Source of the DNA: Candidatus Latescibacterota bacterium
Lineage (GTDB): Bacteria > Latescibacterota > UBA2968 > GCA-2709665
Assembly (NCBI GenBank): GCA_965248435.1
Contig: OZ252100.1
Coordinates: forward strand, 640,001 to 704,000
Direction: 5' to 3'
DNA length: 64,000 bases
Shown here: positions 19,150 to 28,999 of the stretch, piece after piece
Layout of the letters: the number at the start of each line of letters is the position of its first letter
How positions within the stretch are numbered: position 1 is the stretch's first letter
Translations under genes and position numbers: made by a program
Notes under the pieces: generated by a model
What the model saw: the letters and a program-made list of their open reading frames with translations, nothing else
Told to the model about the DNA's origin: nothing
The model's database searches: none

Positions 19150-21528
19150 ATGGAATGTTCGGCAAGCACAATGAAGGCCCTCGAGTTCGACCGGGTCAAA
19201 GAGTGCATTCTTGAAAGGGCCGTCTCTTCACTCGGACGGGAAGCGCTAGAGTCCCTGGTCCCTTCCGACGATCCGAACGAGGTTCAATCCGGGCTTCGTC
19301 AGGTGCTGGAAGCCGTCGACCTGATCGCCTTCGGCGACCCGATTTCGGTTCCTGAGGTCCCGGATATCCGTCGTTCGCTCCAGACTTCTCGAACACCGGG
19401 TTCGGTGCTTGGGATCGCGACCCTGCTCGAAGTGGGTTCGATCATCGAGTCGTCCGGACGCCTCTTTGCCTTCTTCTCTGACCGGAGAGATCAGTACCCT
19501 TTGATCTTCGATCTCCTCTCGCGCCTCCACCCTCATCCCGATATCCTGCGCGCCCTCCAGACAGCACTCGACCCGGCAACGGAATCGGTGAAAGATTCCG
19601 CCAGCCCTCAGCTCAAGCGCCTTCGTCGAGACATCGATAAGCTTCGGTCGGATATCCGGGATCGGGTCGAGTCCATCCTGTCAAAACTCCCCGATCAGGT
19701 TCCACAGGAGCGGTTGGTTACGATTCGCTCCGGGCGATTCGTGATCCCCATCAAAGACGGCCAAAAGGGTCGCGTAGACGGAATCGTTCACGACCAATCC
19801 GCCAGCGGAGCCACGCTATTTGTAGAGCCGCTGGCCACAGTTGAATCAAACAATCAACTCCGGCAGCTGGAACTGGCCGAACGGCGGGAAGTCGAGCGTA
19901 TTCTACGGGAGCTCACCTGCACCATCGCAGAGGTCGCTCCTGAACTCGCTGAGAACGTGGAGGTGCTGGGCCGATTCGATGCGGTCTATGCCAAGGCCTC
20001 GTTCTCGAGGGACCTAGGTGCAACCGAGCCTGTATTTAACGACCAGGGCACGATCCTGCTCAGGGGCGCGCGACACCCCCTGCTCCTTTACCGACTGAGG
20101 GAGGAAAGTCTAACCGAGGAACTCGTGCCTCTCGAATTGACGCTGGGGGATGAGGAGTTCTGGACCCTCATCCTGACCGGCCCTAATGCAGGCGGCAAGA
20201 CCGTGTCCCTGAAAACCGTCGGGCTGCTCGCGCTGCTGGCACAATCAGGCCTTCCCATCCCCGCAGAACCCCAATCCGAGCTCCCGATCTTTTCCAGCAT
20301 ATTCGCAGACATCGGAGATAGCCAATCGATCGAAAACGATCTCAGCAGCTTCTCCTCTCACGTAAGGCATCTGGCAGAGATCTGCGAGAAGGCCGACACA
20401 CGATCGCTCGTCCTGCTCGACGAGATCGGCTCCAGCACCGAACCGGACCAGGGATCCGCCCTGTCCATGGCGTTGCTGCTGGACCTGACACGCAGAGGCT
20501 GCCGCACCATCGCTACGACCCACCACGCTGCGCTCAAGGCCCTTGCCCACGACTCAGACGGTATGGCCAACGGCTCTATGGCTTTCGATGCAGGCACGCT
20601 CCGCCCGACCTTCCACCTCAGGCTCAGGATTCCCGGAAGCAGCTACGCCTTTGAGATCGCTAGGCGCCTTGGTTTACCGGACGAAATCGTAGACGAGGCC
20701 CTCAGGATCGCCGGAAGCGACATTGGTCGAGTGGAGTCCCTCATCGCCGGGCTGGATGATGCGTACCAGCGTTATAATGAGAGACTAGAACAGATGGAGG
20801 CCGATCGGGAAAAGTTAGAGACCCTGAAGGAAGACTATGAAACCCGGATGGGTGAGCTGGAGCGCGAACGACGAGCGTTCAAGCAGACCGCCAAGGGGGA
20901 GGCTGAGCGCATCCTGAACGAGGCGAACGCCCTTATCGAGAAAACGGTGTGGGAGCTTAGGCAGCAGCAGGCCGACAAGGCCTCGATTCGCAGCGCACAT
21001 TCTGGGATTCAGAAAGCCAAAGCGGCCCTGAGAAAGGATTTGGAAGAAGAGGGCTCCTCGGGCACGCTTCACGCGCTGAGCGCAGGAGATCGCGTCTGGA
21101 TCCCAAGACTGGAAAGAGAAGGAAGAGTTCTCTCCAACAGCGACGATAAGGAACGCGTACGCGTCGAAGTAGGTAACCTGAAGATGGAACTCTCTCTGAG
21201 GGAGCTGGAGCCCGCCGGGGAGATCGCAGAGTCGAAGGGACACTCCGGACCGGACCGATTGCATTTGGAGGGTGGGGTGTCGCTGGAAGTGGACCTTCGT
21301 GGGATGACCTTCGATGAAGCCACGGAAGTCGTTGACAAATACCTGGACGACCTCCAGTTGGCGCGTGTGCCGCGCGCGACGATCATTCACGGAAAGGGCA
21401 CCGGGGTGCTGAGAAAGAAGGTTGGAGAATTCCTGAAGCGCCACGCGCTCGTAAAGTCCCAGCGGCTTGGAGCTGCAAATGAAGGGGGCAATGGAGTAAC
21501 GATTGTCGAGCTTGACACCGATGCGTGA
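19150..21528 (+). CDS. mutS2: Endonuclease MutS2 with Smr domain
   Basis: LEFDRV, HDQSASGATLFVEP, TGPNAGGKT, DIGDSQSI, LLDEIGS, TTH, C-terminal DLRG..IIHGKGTG. Confidence 0.95.
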   Translation: MECSASTMKALEFDRVKECILERAVSSLGREALESLVPSDDPNEVQSGLRQVLEAVDLIAFGDPISVPEVPDIRRSLQTSRTPGSVLGIATLLEVGSIIESSGRLFAFFSDRRDQYPLIFDLLSRLHPHPDILRALQTALDPATESVKDSASPQLKRLRRDIDKLRSDIRDRVESILSKLPDQVPQERLVTIRSGRFVIPIKDGQKGRVDGIVHDQSASGATLFVEPLATVESNNQLRQLELAERREVERILRELTCTIAEVAPELAENVEVLGRFDAVYAKASFSRDLGATEPVFNDQGTILLRGARHPLLLYRLREESLTEELVPLELTLGDEEFWTLILTGPNAGGKTVSLKTVGLLALLAQSGLPIPAEPQSELPIFSSIFADIGDSQSIENDLSSFSSHVRHLAEICEKADTRSLVLLDEIGSSTEPDQGSALSMALLLDLTRRGCRTIATTHHAALKALAHDSDGMANGSMAFDAGTLRPTFHLRLRIPGSSYAFEIARRLGLPDEIVDEALRIAGSDIGRVESLIAGLDDAYQRYNERLEQMEADREKLETLKEDYETRMGELERERRAFKQTAKGEAERILNEANALIEKTVWELRQQQADKASIRSAHSGIQKAKAALRKDLEEEGSSGTLHALSAGDRVWIPRLEREGRVLSNSDDKERVRVEVGNLKMELSLRELEPAGEIAESKGHSGPDRLHLEGGVSLEVDLRGMTFDEATEVVDKYLDDLQLARVPRATIIHGKGTGVLRKKVGEFLKRHALVKSQRLGAANEGGNGVTIVELDTDA

Positions 21529-21545
21529 TCTTCTCTATAATACTT

Positions 21546-21625
21546 CAGACCGCAGGCGACCAACGGCGGACCGCAAGATGAATAACGTGAGAATTTTTGT
21601 GGTCTGTGGTCCGCGGTCTGGGGTC
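21546..21625. repeat. Heptamer-periodic inverted repeat (GACCRCR family), copy 1
   Basis: GACCGCA...GACCGCA left arm; TGTGGTC TGTGGTC CGCGGTC TGGGGTC right arm. Confidence 0.7.
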
Positions 21626-21654
21626 CTTAATAGTTTGTTCTTACCTAACGGCCT

Positions 21655-23619
21655 ATGACCACGATCACCGAAATCGAGACACCCGCGCCCCAGAATCCCC
21701 CGCAGGGCTACTGCGACTCGCTGACCGCCTACTCGAGATATCAGACCCGTGAGGTCCAGATTGGCGACGTGGCGCTCGGCGCACAACACCCGATTCGAGT
21801 CCAATCCATGACGACGACCGACACTATGGATACGCTTGCAACGGTCGAGCAATCGGTTCGCATCATCGAGGCCGGGGCAGATTACGTGCGAATCACGGCG
21901 CCGAGTCTGAACGAGGCCCGGAATCTAGAACCCATCAAGGCAGAGCTCAGGCGACGGGGCTACGATGCCCCGCTCATTGCAGACATCCACTACACGCCCA
22001 ATGCCGCTGAGCTCGCGGCCCGAATCGTCGAAAAAGTGAGGGTGAATCCGGGTAACTACGTAGACAAGAAGCGCTTTCAGATCTTCGAGTATTCCGACGA
22101 GGAATACGCTGAAGAACTGGACCGAATTCGCGAGCGTTTCACGCCGCTCGTGAACGTCTGCAAGGAATACGGAACCGCTCTCAGGATCGGCACGAACCAC
22201 GGCTCCCTCTCGGACAGAATCATGAACCGATTCGGGGACACGCCGCTCGGGATGGTCGAATCCGCCCTCGAGTTCGTCAGGATCTGCGAAGACCTGGGCT
22301 ATTACAGCATCGTCCTCTCGATGAAGGCTAGCAACACACGGGTCATGGTACAGGCCTATCGCCTCCTCGTCCAGATGATGGAAGCGGAGGACATGAATTA
22401 TCCGATTCATCTCGGAGTCACCGAAGCCGGAGATGGAGAGGACGGCAGGACCAAATCGGCCGTCGGGATCGGCGCCCTGCTCGAAGACGGGATCGGCGAT
22501 ACGATCCGCGTCTCTCTCACCGAAGAACCGGAAGCCGAAGTGCCTGTGGCCATCGAACTCGTGCAGCGCGTCGAACAGCGGCCTGAATACAACCCGATCC
22601 CTCCGATGGCTGATTACCCTGTAGACCCCTTCTTCTACACCAGGCGGAAGACCGTCCAGGTCGAGAACATCGGGAAGGACAATGTCCCGGTGATCGTCCT
22701 CACGGCAAACGCCGACATGATTCAAACACCCGAAGCGCTGTCGACGATTGGCTATGAGTATGACCCTTCGCTCGACAAATGGAACATCGGCGACGCGGCC
22801 GCAGATTTTATCGCCCTCGGCAAAAGGGAGCTGAGCTACGCACTCCCGGGCACGCTCAAGAAGATCTGCGACCACGCTGCCTGGCTTGATCTGGGGAGGC
22901 CCTCCGACGCCTTTCCACTGTTCGATATGGAGGCCTACGTCGCAGCCGATTTGCGGTCCGACAGAATCAACTTCGTTGAGGCGGATCTCGGCCAGTTGAA
23001 TCAGGAGGCCCTCCGCCTCCTTTCCCGGGACGCCCGTGCCGTGCTCGTCCTCAGGACCACCAATACCCTTGCGATGGCCGAGCTGCGTCGGGCGTTCGTC
23101 ACGCTGATTGAAGATCGAATCGACTGTCCCGTCATTATCAAGCGGATATATCCCGAGCTGGGCGCCGACGAGTTCCTGCTGCACGCCGCCGCCGATGTCG
23201 GCGGCCTCCTCACAGACGGAATGGGAGACGGTGTATGGTTCGAGGCCCCCAGAGTCACCGCCGAAGCGATCAACCGCATCGGCTTCGGCGTCTTGCAGGC
23301 CACGCGCACACGTATCTCCAGGACGGAATACATCTCCTGCCCCTCCTGTGGCCGGACGCTCTTCGACCTGCAGAAAACGACCGCTGTGATCCGCAACCGG
23401 ACCGATCACCTCAAAGGCGTGAAAATCGGAATCATGGGGTGTATCGTCAACGGCCCCGGAGAAATGGCCGACGCCGACTACGGCTACGTGGGCTCCGGCC
23501 CCGGACAGATCACGCTTTATCGGGGCCAGGAAATCGTCAAACGAAACATCTCGACGGAAATCGCCGTAGACGAACTGATCAACCTGGTCAAAGAAGACGA
23601 TCGCTGGGTGGAACCGTGA
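21655..23619 (+). CDS. ispG: 4-hydroxy-3-methylbut-2-en-1-yl diphosphate synthase, long form
   Basis: PIRVQSMT, ADIHY, RVNPGN, RIGTNHGS, HLGVTEAG, GDTIRVSLT, SCPSCGR, MGCIVNGPGE. Confidence 0.95.
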   Translation: MTTITEIETPAPQNPPQGYCDSLTAYSRYQTREVQIGDVALGAQHPIRVQSMTTTDTMDTLATVEQSVRIIEAGADYVRITAPSLNEARNLEPIKAELRRRGYDAPLIADIHYTPNAAELAARIVEKVRVNPGNYVDKKRFQIFEYSDEEYAEELDRIRERFTPLVNVCKEYGTALRIGTNHGSLSDRIMNRFGDTPLGMVESALEFVRICEDLGYYSIVLSMKASNTRVMVQAYRLLVQMMEAEDMNYPIHLGVTEAGDGEDGRTKSAVGIGALLEDGIGDTIRVSLTEEPEAEVPVAIELVQRVEQRPEYNPIPPMADYPVDPFFYTRRKTVQVENIGKDNVPVIVLTANADMIQTPEALSTIGYEYDPSLDKWNIGDAAADFIALGKRELSYALPGTLKKICDHAAWLDLGRPSDAFPLFDMEAYVAADLRSDRINFVEADLGQLNQEALRLLSRDARAVLVLRTTNTLAMAELRRAFVTLIEDRIDCPVIIKRIYPELGADEFLLHAAADVGGLLTDGMGDGVWFEAPRVTAEAINRIGFGVLQATRTRISRTEYISCPSCGRTLFDLQKTTAVIRNRTDHLKGVKIGIMGCIVNGPGEMADADYGYVGSGPGQITLYRGQEIVKRNISTEIAVDELINLVKEDDRWVEP

Positions 23620-23715
23620 ACCAAGTTTCTGGTTTCGAATTTCTAGTTGATATTGTGTCAGCCCTGAAATCCTCCACACCGATGCCTTTAACTCGAAACT
23701 CGTAACCAGAAACTG
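23618..23715. repeat. Heptamer-periodic inverted repeat (GTTTCTG / AACTCGA family)
   Basis: GTTTCTG GTTTCGA ATTTCTA ... AACTCGA AACTCGT AACCAGA AACT. Confidence 0.65.
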
Positions 23716-23802
23716 ATTCTTTCTCTCCTCCGGTTTGTTTTGTAGCGTCCCTTTCGTTTCTTCATCACCTTTCCCACATTTATATACCCTTGAAGGCCCC
23801 TT

Positions 23803-25614
23803 ATGCCTCGCATTCCCGAGGACTTGATCGAACAGGTTCGCGAGTCCAACGACATCGTGGAAGTCGTCTCCGACCACGTCACGCTGACCAGACGAGGTAA
23901 GAGCTTCCTCGGCCTTTGTCCATTTCACGAAGACAAGCACCCCTCACTCAACGTCTCACAGGACAAACAGATCTACAAATGCTTCGCCTGCGGTGTCGGC
24001 GGCAACGTCTTCACCTTTCTGATGGAAATGGAGCGGGTCAGCTTTATCGAGGCCGTGAAGGAGCTGGCCGATCGTGCAGGCATTTCCTTACCGGAGACGC
24101 CCTCCGACAGTCCTGAAACCGAGCGAGTCTTGGACGCGCTCTACAAAGCGAACGAACTCGCTCGGAAATACTATCACCACATGCTGCTTGAGGATCCAGC
24201 GGGCAAGGAAGCGGGCAGCTACCTCCAGCGCCGGGGCATTTCACAGGACGCTGTAGAAAACTTCTATCTGGGATTTGCACCCAAGGCCTGGGATGGCCTG
24301 ATTAACGTGGCGGGGCGCCGCGGCATCGACCCCCAGGCCCTGCACCGCGCCGGACTGGTCCTTCCCCGAAACGACGGAAGGGGCTTCTACGATCGCTTCC
24401 GAAACCGCCTCATCTTCCCCATCCAATCTCACACCGGGCGCACAGTCGCGTTTGGAGCCCGCGCCCTGGATCCGGATGAACCGTCCAAATACCTCAACTC
24501 GCCCGAGACCCCGGTCTACCAGAAGAGTCGCCTCCTCTATGGACTTTGGCAGGCGCGAGGTCAAATTCGAGACAAGGGCGAGGCCGTCGTCGTAGAAGGC
24601 TACACCGATCTCATCGCTATGGTCGAAGCCGGCATCGCGAACGTGGTCGCCTCGTCAGGGACAGCCCTCACACGAGAGCACGCCCGGCTTCTGGGTCGCT
24701 ACGCCACGCGCGCCGTTCTCGTCTTCGACGGAGACGCCGCCGGCACAGCAGCTGCGGTGAGGGGGATAGAGTCCCTGCTGGAAGCAGGATTGGATATCCG
24801 GATCGTCTCCCTTCCGGAGGGTCAGGATCCGGACAGCACGGTGCGGGAACGAGGAAAGGAAGAAGTGGAGTCCCTGATCCAGGGCGCGGACAGTACGCTG
24901 GACTACCTCTTCGCCAGGCTCGCCGACAAGGAAGACCTCTCGACCGTGGACGGAAGGACCCGTGCGACCCACGCGATGGCGGGATGGATCGCCCTCGTAA
25001 AGGACGAGACACGGCGTCGGCTTTTCACACAGGAGGCCGCCGAACGGATTGGGATCGACGAAGCGACGATTCTGAATCTGGTACGCGCTCAGAGTAGACG
25101 ATCCAGAACTGGCAGGCAGGTCGCCGAGAGCAGGCCGGAGGAATTCGACCCGAGGCCCCGCTCGGAGCGGGAGCTTGTGATGTGGATGATGACCGACGAT
25201 CAGAAGGCCGACGCCGTCCTGAATCAGATCGATCCCGGCGACTTTTCCAACGGCGTCTATCGGCGCATCGCGTCACTGGTCACCCGCTGTCGGCAAGATC
25301 GACAGGCGATTTCCCCCGCCTTCCTGGTCGACGCGTCTGAGGATCCGCAGGTCGCCCAGGCCATCTCGTCGATTACGCTGGAATTAGAAATGATGGATCC
25401 GGAACTGGTGGATATGCCGTTGGAAGACTATATCCATTCGATCAAGCTCAAGGAGCTCAACACCAAAATCGAGGCAATACAGGCAGAGCTTCGCTCCACC
25501 GATTCGGGTTCCGACCTCACAGGACTACTGCAGAAACACAAAGACCTCACCCTTGCGCGCAAGAACCTACTCGAGGCCCGTCGATCCTCCGAGCAGGCTG
25601 GCGCTGTGTCCTGA
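23803..25614 (+). CDS. dnaG: DNA primase
   Basis: CPFH..K.PS / CFAC Zn ribbon, YDRFRNR, KYLNSPET, VEGYTD, FDGDAAG, DPD. Confidence 0.97.
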   Translation: MPRIPEDLIEQVRESNDIVEVVSDHVTLTRRGKSFLGLCPFHEDKHPSLNVSQDKQIYKCFACGVGGNVFTFLMEMERVSFIEAVKELADRAGISLPETPSDSPETERVLDALYKANELARKYYHHMLLEDPAGKEAGSYLQRRGISQDAVENFYLGFAPKAWDGLINVAGRRGIDPQALHRAGLVLPRNDGRGFYDRFRNRLIFPIQSHTGRTVAFGARALDPDEPSKYLNSPETPVYQKSRLLYGLWQARGQIRDKGEAVVVEGYTDLIAMVEAGIANVVASSGTALTREHARLLGRYATRAVLVFDGDAAGTAAAVRGIESLLEAGLDIRIVSLPEGQDPDSTVRERGKEEVESLIQGADSTLDYLFARLADKEDLSTVDGRTRATHAMAGWIALVKDETRRRLFTQEAAERIGIDEATILNLVRAQSRRSRTGRQVAESRPEEFDPRPRSERELVMWMMTDDQKADAVLNQIDPGDFSNGVYRRIASLVTRCRQDRQAISPAFLVDASEDPQVAQAISSITLELEMMDPELVDMPLEDYIHSIKLKELNTKIEAIQAELRSTDSGSDLTGLLQKHKDLTLARKNLLEARRSSEQAGAVS

Positions 25615-25620
25615 AAGGAC

Positions 25621-25648
25621 TTGCCCTCTGTTCGCAATTTGATAGATT
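25621..25648 (+). promoter_or_regulatory. Putative sigma70 promoter for the tRNA
   Basis: TTGCCC-N16-TAGATT, 12 nt upstream of the tRNA. Confidence 0.5.
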
Positions 25649-25660
25649 AATCTCTTGCAT

Positions 25661-25737
<77 letters not shown>

Positions 25738-25763
25738 TTATTTTCTGCGTAAGGATTAGTTTC

Positions 25764-25793
25764 AGGCTCTCTTTTCGAGGGAGCCTTTTCTTT
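25764..25793 (+). terminator. Intrinsic terminator after the tRNA
   Basis: AGGCTCTCT-TTCG-like loop-AGGGAGCCT followed by T-rich tail. Confidence 0.7.
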
Positions 25794-25897
25794 ATTAACA
25801 AGCTTCGGTCCACATTTGTCTATAGAGAGTCTACCTGCAGGATCAAACAGATCTGCGTGATGCACAAGAGCTGAATTCGTCCAAAAGTGTCAAATCT

Positions 25898-27940
25898 ATG
25901 AACGTTTATTTAGGCACATTTCTGATCGCGTTTTCAACGCTTGCATTCGAGATTACACTCACCCGATTGTTGAGCGTGAGCACATGGTATCATTTTGCCT
26001 TCTTTGCGGTCTCAACGGCGATGCTGGGCATGACGGCAGGTGCAACAACAGTGTATATGAAGTCAAGCTGGTTTACTCGTGAGAAGCTGAATGATATCGT
26101 AGCTGTGTGGACCAATTGGAGTCTTAGCCACATTTAGCTTTGCCTGGCAGAGTACGTCATTCACACTTCGTCGCACGGGCTGTTGGATTCTCATAGTTCT
26201 GACAATTTCGGCATTAATCAATTCCTCTACGGACTACGGCATACGTCCCGTGACCGTAAAGGGCTACATCGAGAACGCGGGTAACCACCTCATTGAGAGA
26301 TGGAACTCCTATTCTCGCGTTGTTGTAAAGAAGCCCACATTAGGCCCGCCACAATTCTTCGGCGCCAGCCCATCGAGACCCCATGAAAGGGTTTATCAGT
26401 ATGAAATGAACATAGATGGAGGCGCAGCGACGACGCTTCGAAGGTTCAATTCCAGGGAAGATATAAATCATCTGTACTATGCATTGACTAACGTGGCCTA
26501 TTTTCTGCGCCCACGAGGAGGAGCGTGTATCATCGGCGTTGGGGGAGGCAGAGACATACAAAGTGCTATTCTCTTTGGCCATGAAAATATTGTTGGTATC
26601 GAAGTAAATCCTATTTTCATCGATTTGATCCAAAACGATTTCAGAAAATTCGCTGGAATTGCGGACCACGAAGGGGTGACCCTCATTGTTGATGAGGCAA
26701 GAAGCTTTTTATCCAGGACAGAACAAAAGTATGCAGTTATTCAGATGTCACTCATAGATACGTGGGCAGCGACGGGTGCTGGAGCCTATTCACTCTCCGA
26801 GAATGCACTCTACACGCTCGAAGCGTGGCAAGCTTTCTTCGGTCGGCTGACCGACGATGGGATTTTTACAGTATCAAGGTGGTATAGTCCGAGCAATCTT
26901 GGCGAAACGGAACGTGTTGTGAGCCTTGGTGTTAGACCACTTCGCATTTGTCTACCTTTCTGCTTAGCAGGAAGCCATTTGACGAACAAGATATCGCGAA
27001 ACTGAGGAAAGTAGCTTCTGATTTACAGTATAATCTCGTCATCGTTCCGGGCACTCCTCCCGAAAATGACGTTCTAATGGACATCCTTTCTGCCGGCTCA
27101 ATAGAAGAATTGAATCTTGCGATAGCAGACAAACCGTTTAATTACGAGCCACCAACAGATGAGAACCCATACTTCTTTAACATGCTCCGCCTGAACCACC
27201 TAACCCCCCTCTTCTATGCAGATTCGGGTGTTGGACATGGAAACCTGGTCGCGACAGTCACCCTGATGGGACTCATCCTATCTTTGTTTTTCGTATCCCT
27301 AGTCGCTATCATTCTCCCGTTGATAATCAAAGCACGAAACGCGGATCCAGTCCAGGACACAACGAAAGTCCTTTGGTCAGGAGCGCTCTATTTTTGTTTG
27401 ATCGGTGCAGGATTCATGAGTGTAGAAATTGCACTCATTCAAAGACTATCTGTTTTCCTGGGACACCCCACGTACGCGCTAGGTATTTTGCTCTTCACGA
27501 TTATCCTTAGCACTGGGTTGGGGAGTTTCCTGAGCGAGTATTTACCCTTAACGCGCCCTCCGTGGGTGTTTGTGTATCCCATCATTACTGCCCTGGCCAT
27601 ACTCCTCGTGCGATTCGTGCTCCTGTTTGTTCTATCAAGCATGATAACCTCACCGATGTTGAACAAGATCCTGGTTTCAATCCTCGTCATTTTTCCAATG
27701 GGCGTGCTCATGGGCTTCTTCTTCCCAATGGGCATGCGGCTGGTCAGGTCTGCCGCGGCGACCGAGACACCGTGGTATTGGGCTCTCAACGGCATTTTTG
27801 GTGTTCTATTTTCAGCACTCGCCGTCTTTTTTTCGATCTATTTTGGCATCGCCACGAATTTCTATATTGGGGTCGCTTGCTACACGATCCTTCTTACTTG
27901 CCTTCCTAAAATGTACCGCGCAGCTCAGGTTAATCAGTGA
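25898..27940 (+). pseudogene. Fragmented spermidine-synthase-like membrane methyltransferase
   Basis: Three pieces in different frames (25898-26137, about 26100-27005, about 26948-27940): TM start EITLTRLLS, WNSYSRV, IGVGGGRDI/GIEVNP/DEARSF, ENALYTLEA, PTDENPYF, FLGHPTY, WALNG. Confidence 0.8.
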
Positions 27941-28554
27941 CACAAGTAACTAAGAAGGAGGGGCACGTGATCTGGGAATTCGACAACCTGGAACGTATCG
28001 GCGGACACGCGGTGACTGTTATCGGAGCACCGCAGGTGATTGACACATCGGACGGAAAGGCGATCGAGTTCGACGGCGAGGATGACGGTATTCTGCTTCC
28101 CGTTCATCCTTTGGCCGGAATGGACCAGTTCACCGCAGAGGTGATCTTCAATCCCTATCCGAACGGCCGTAAGGCACAACGATTCTTCCACATGGAGGAG
28201 GCTGGTGAAACGGAGGACCGCGTGATGTTCGAAACACGGCTCACAGATGACGGGCTTTGGTTCCTGGACACTTACGCAAAGTCAGGAGAGAACAGCTATC
28301 CCCACCTGGCCGAGGATTATAAGCATCCACTCGGACCCTGGTGGCACGCGGCCATGGTGATGGACGGTTCTACATTCAGCCATTTCGTGAATGGGGAGCT
28401 CGAAATGTCTTCGCCAGTGATTTTTGGGCCCCAGGAACCAGGACAGACGTCGGTGGGTATGAGGCTAAATCAAGTCCACTGGTACAAGGGCGCGTTCCGT
28501 ATCGCCCGGTTCACGCCGGAGCCGCTGAAACCTGAAGCGTTCCTTGGGCATTGA
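27937..28554 (+). CDS. LamG/concanavalin A-like jellyroll protein
   Basis: AIEFDGEDD, FTAEV, WWHAAMV.DG..FVNG, YKGA...RF. Confidence 0.75.
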   Translation: MTQVTKKEGHVIWEFDNLERIGGHAVTVIGAPQVIDTSDGKAIEFDGEDDGILLPVHPLAGMDQFTAEVIFNPYPNGRKAQRFFHMEEAGETEDRVMFETRLTDDGLWFLDTYAKSGENSYPHLAEDYKHPLGPWWHAAMVMDGSTFSHFVNGELEMSSPVIFGPQEPGQTSVGMRLNQVHWYKGAFRIARFTPEPLKPEAFLGH

Positions 28555-28590
28555 ACGTCTAGTTCTACTCTGACCCGGACCAGGCCCCAA

Positions 28591-28974
28591 TCACGGCAGC
28601 GCCGACCAGATCGCCTTTCCCTGGGTGTCTGAGAGAACCAGCTCAGGACTCCCGTCCGGGCTCAGGTCGAATCTCGCGCGAACCCTTCCCGAACGATCCA
28701 GAAGGTTGACGCTGGGCGCGCCCTCCGCGCCCAGCCCCAGCGTGAAGCGCGTCTTCCCGTCTGCATCCATCATCGCCAGGCCGGGCTCTCCGTGAAGCCC
28801 CAGAACGAGCCTGGCTCTCGTACGGTTTTCGCTGTCCACGAGTCGGAGTTCCTCCGCGTGATAGGTCTTTGCCCTGACCTCTTCCCTCAGAACGAGCCAG
28901 CTTGTGAACGATCCGCCCACCAGCGCGGCACACACCATCAGCCCAACAAGAAGCCAGCGATCTTTACCGGTCAT
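28591..28974 (-). CDS. Membrane-anchored protein with four beta-repeats
   Basis: N-terminal TM; repeats LRLVDSENRTRARL / LAMMDADGKTRFTL / VNLLDRSGRVRARF / LVLSDTQGK; RBS GAGGTG. Confidence 0.7.
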   Translation of the reverse strand: MTGKDRWLLVGLMVCAALVGGSFTSWLVLREEVRAKTYHAEELRLVDSENRTRARLVLGLHGEPGLAMMDADGKTRFTLGLGAEGAPSVNLLDRSGRVRARFDLSPDGSPELVLSDTQGKAIWSALP

Positions 28975-28999
28975 TTCATCACCTCTTTGGAAATCCCCC

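Noticed and set aside
21925-23940. 671-aa minus-strand ORF
   Set aside because: Antisense shadow of ispG with no recognisable motifs; typical of high-GC codon bias.
25898-27940. Programmed frameshifting or stop-codon recoding in the split methyltransferase
   Set aside because: No slippery site or in-frame TGA/TAG continuity; sequence appears to be missing at the junctions, which favours deletion.
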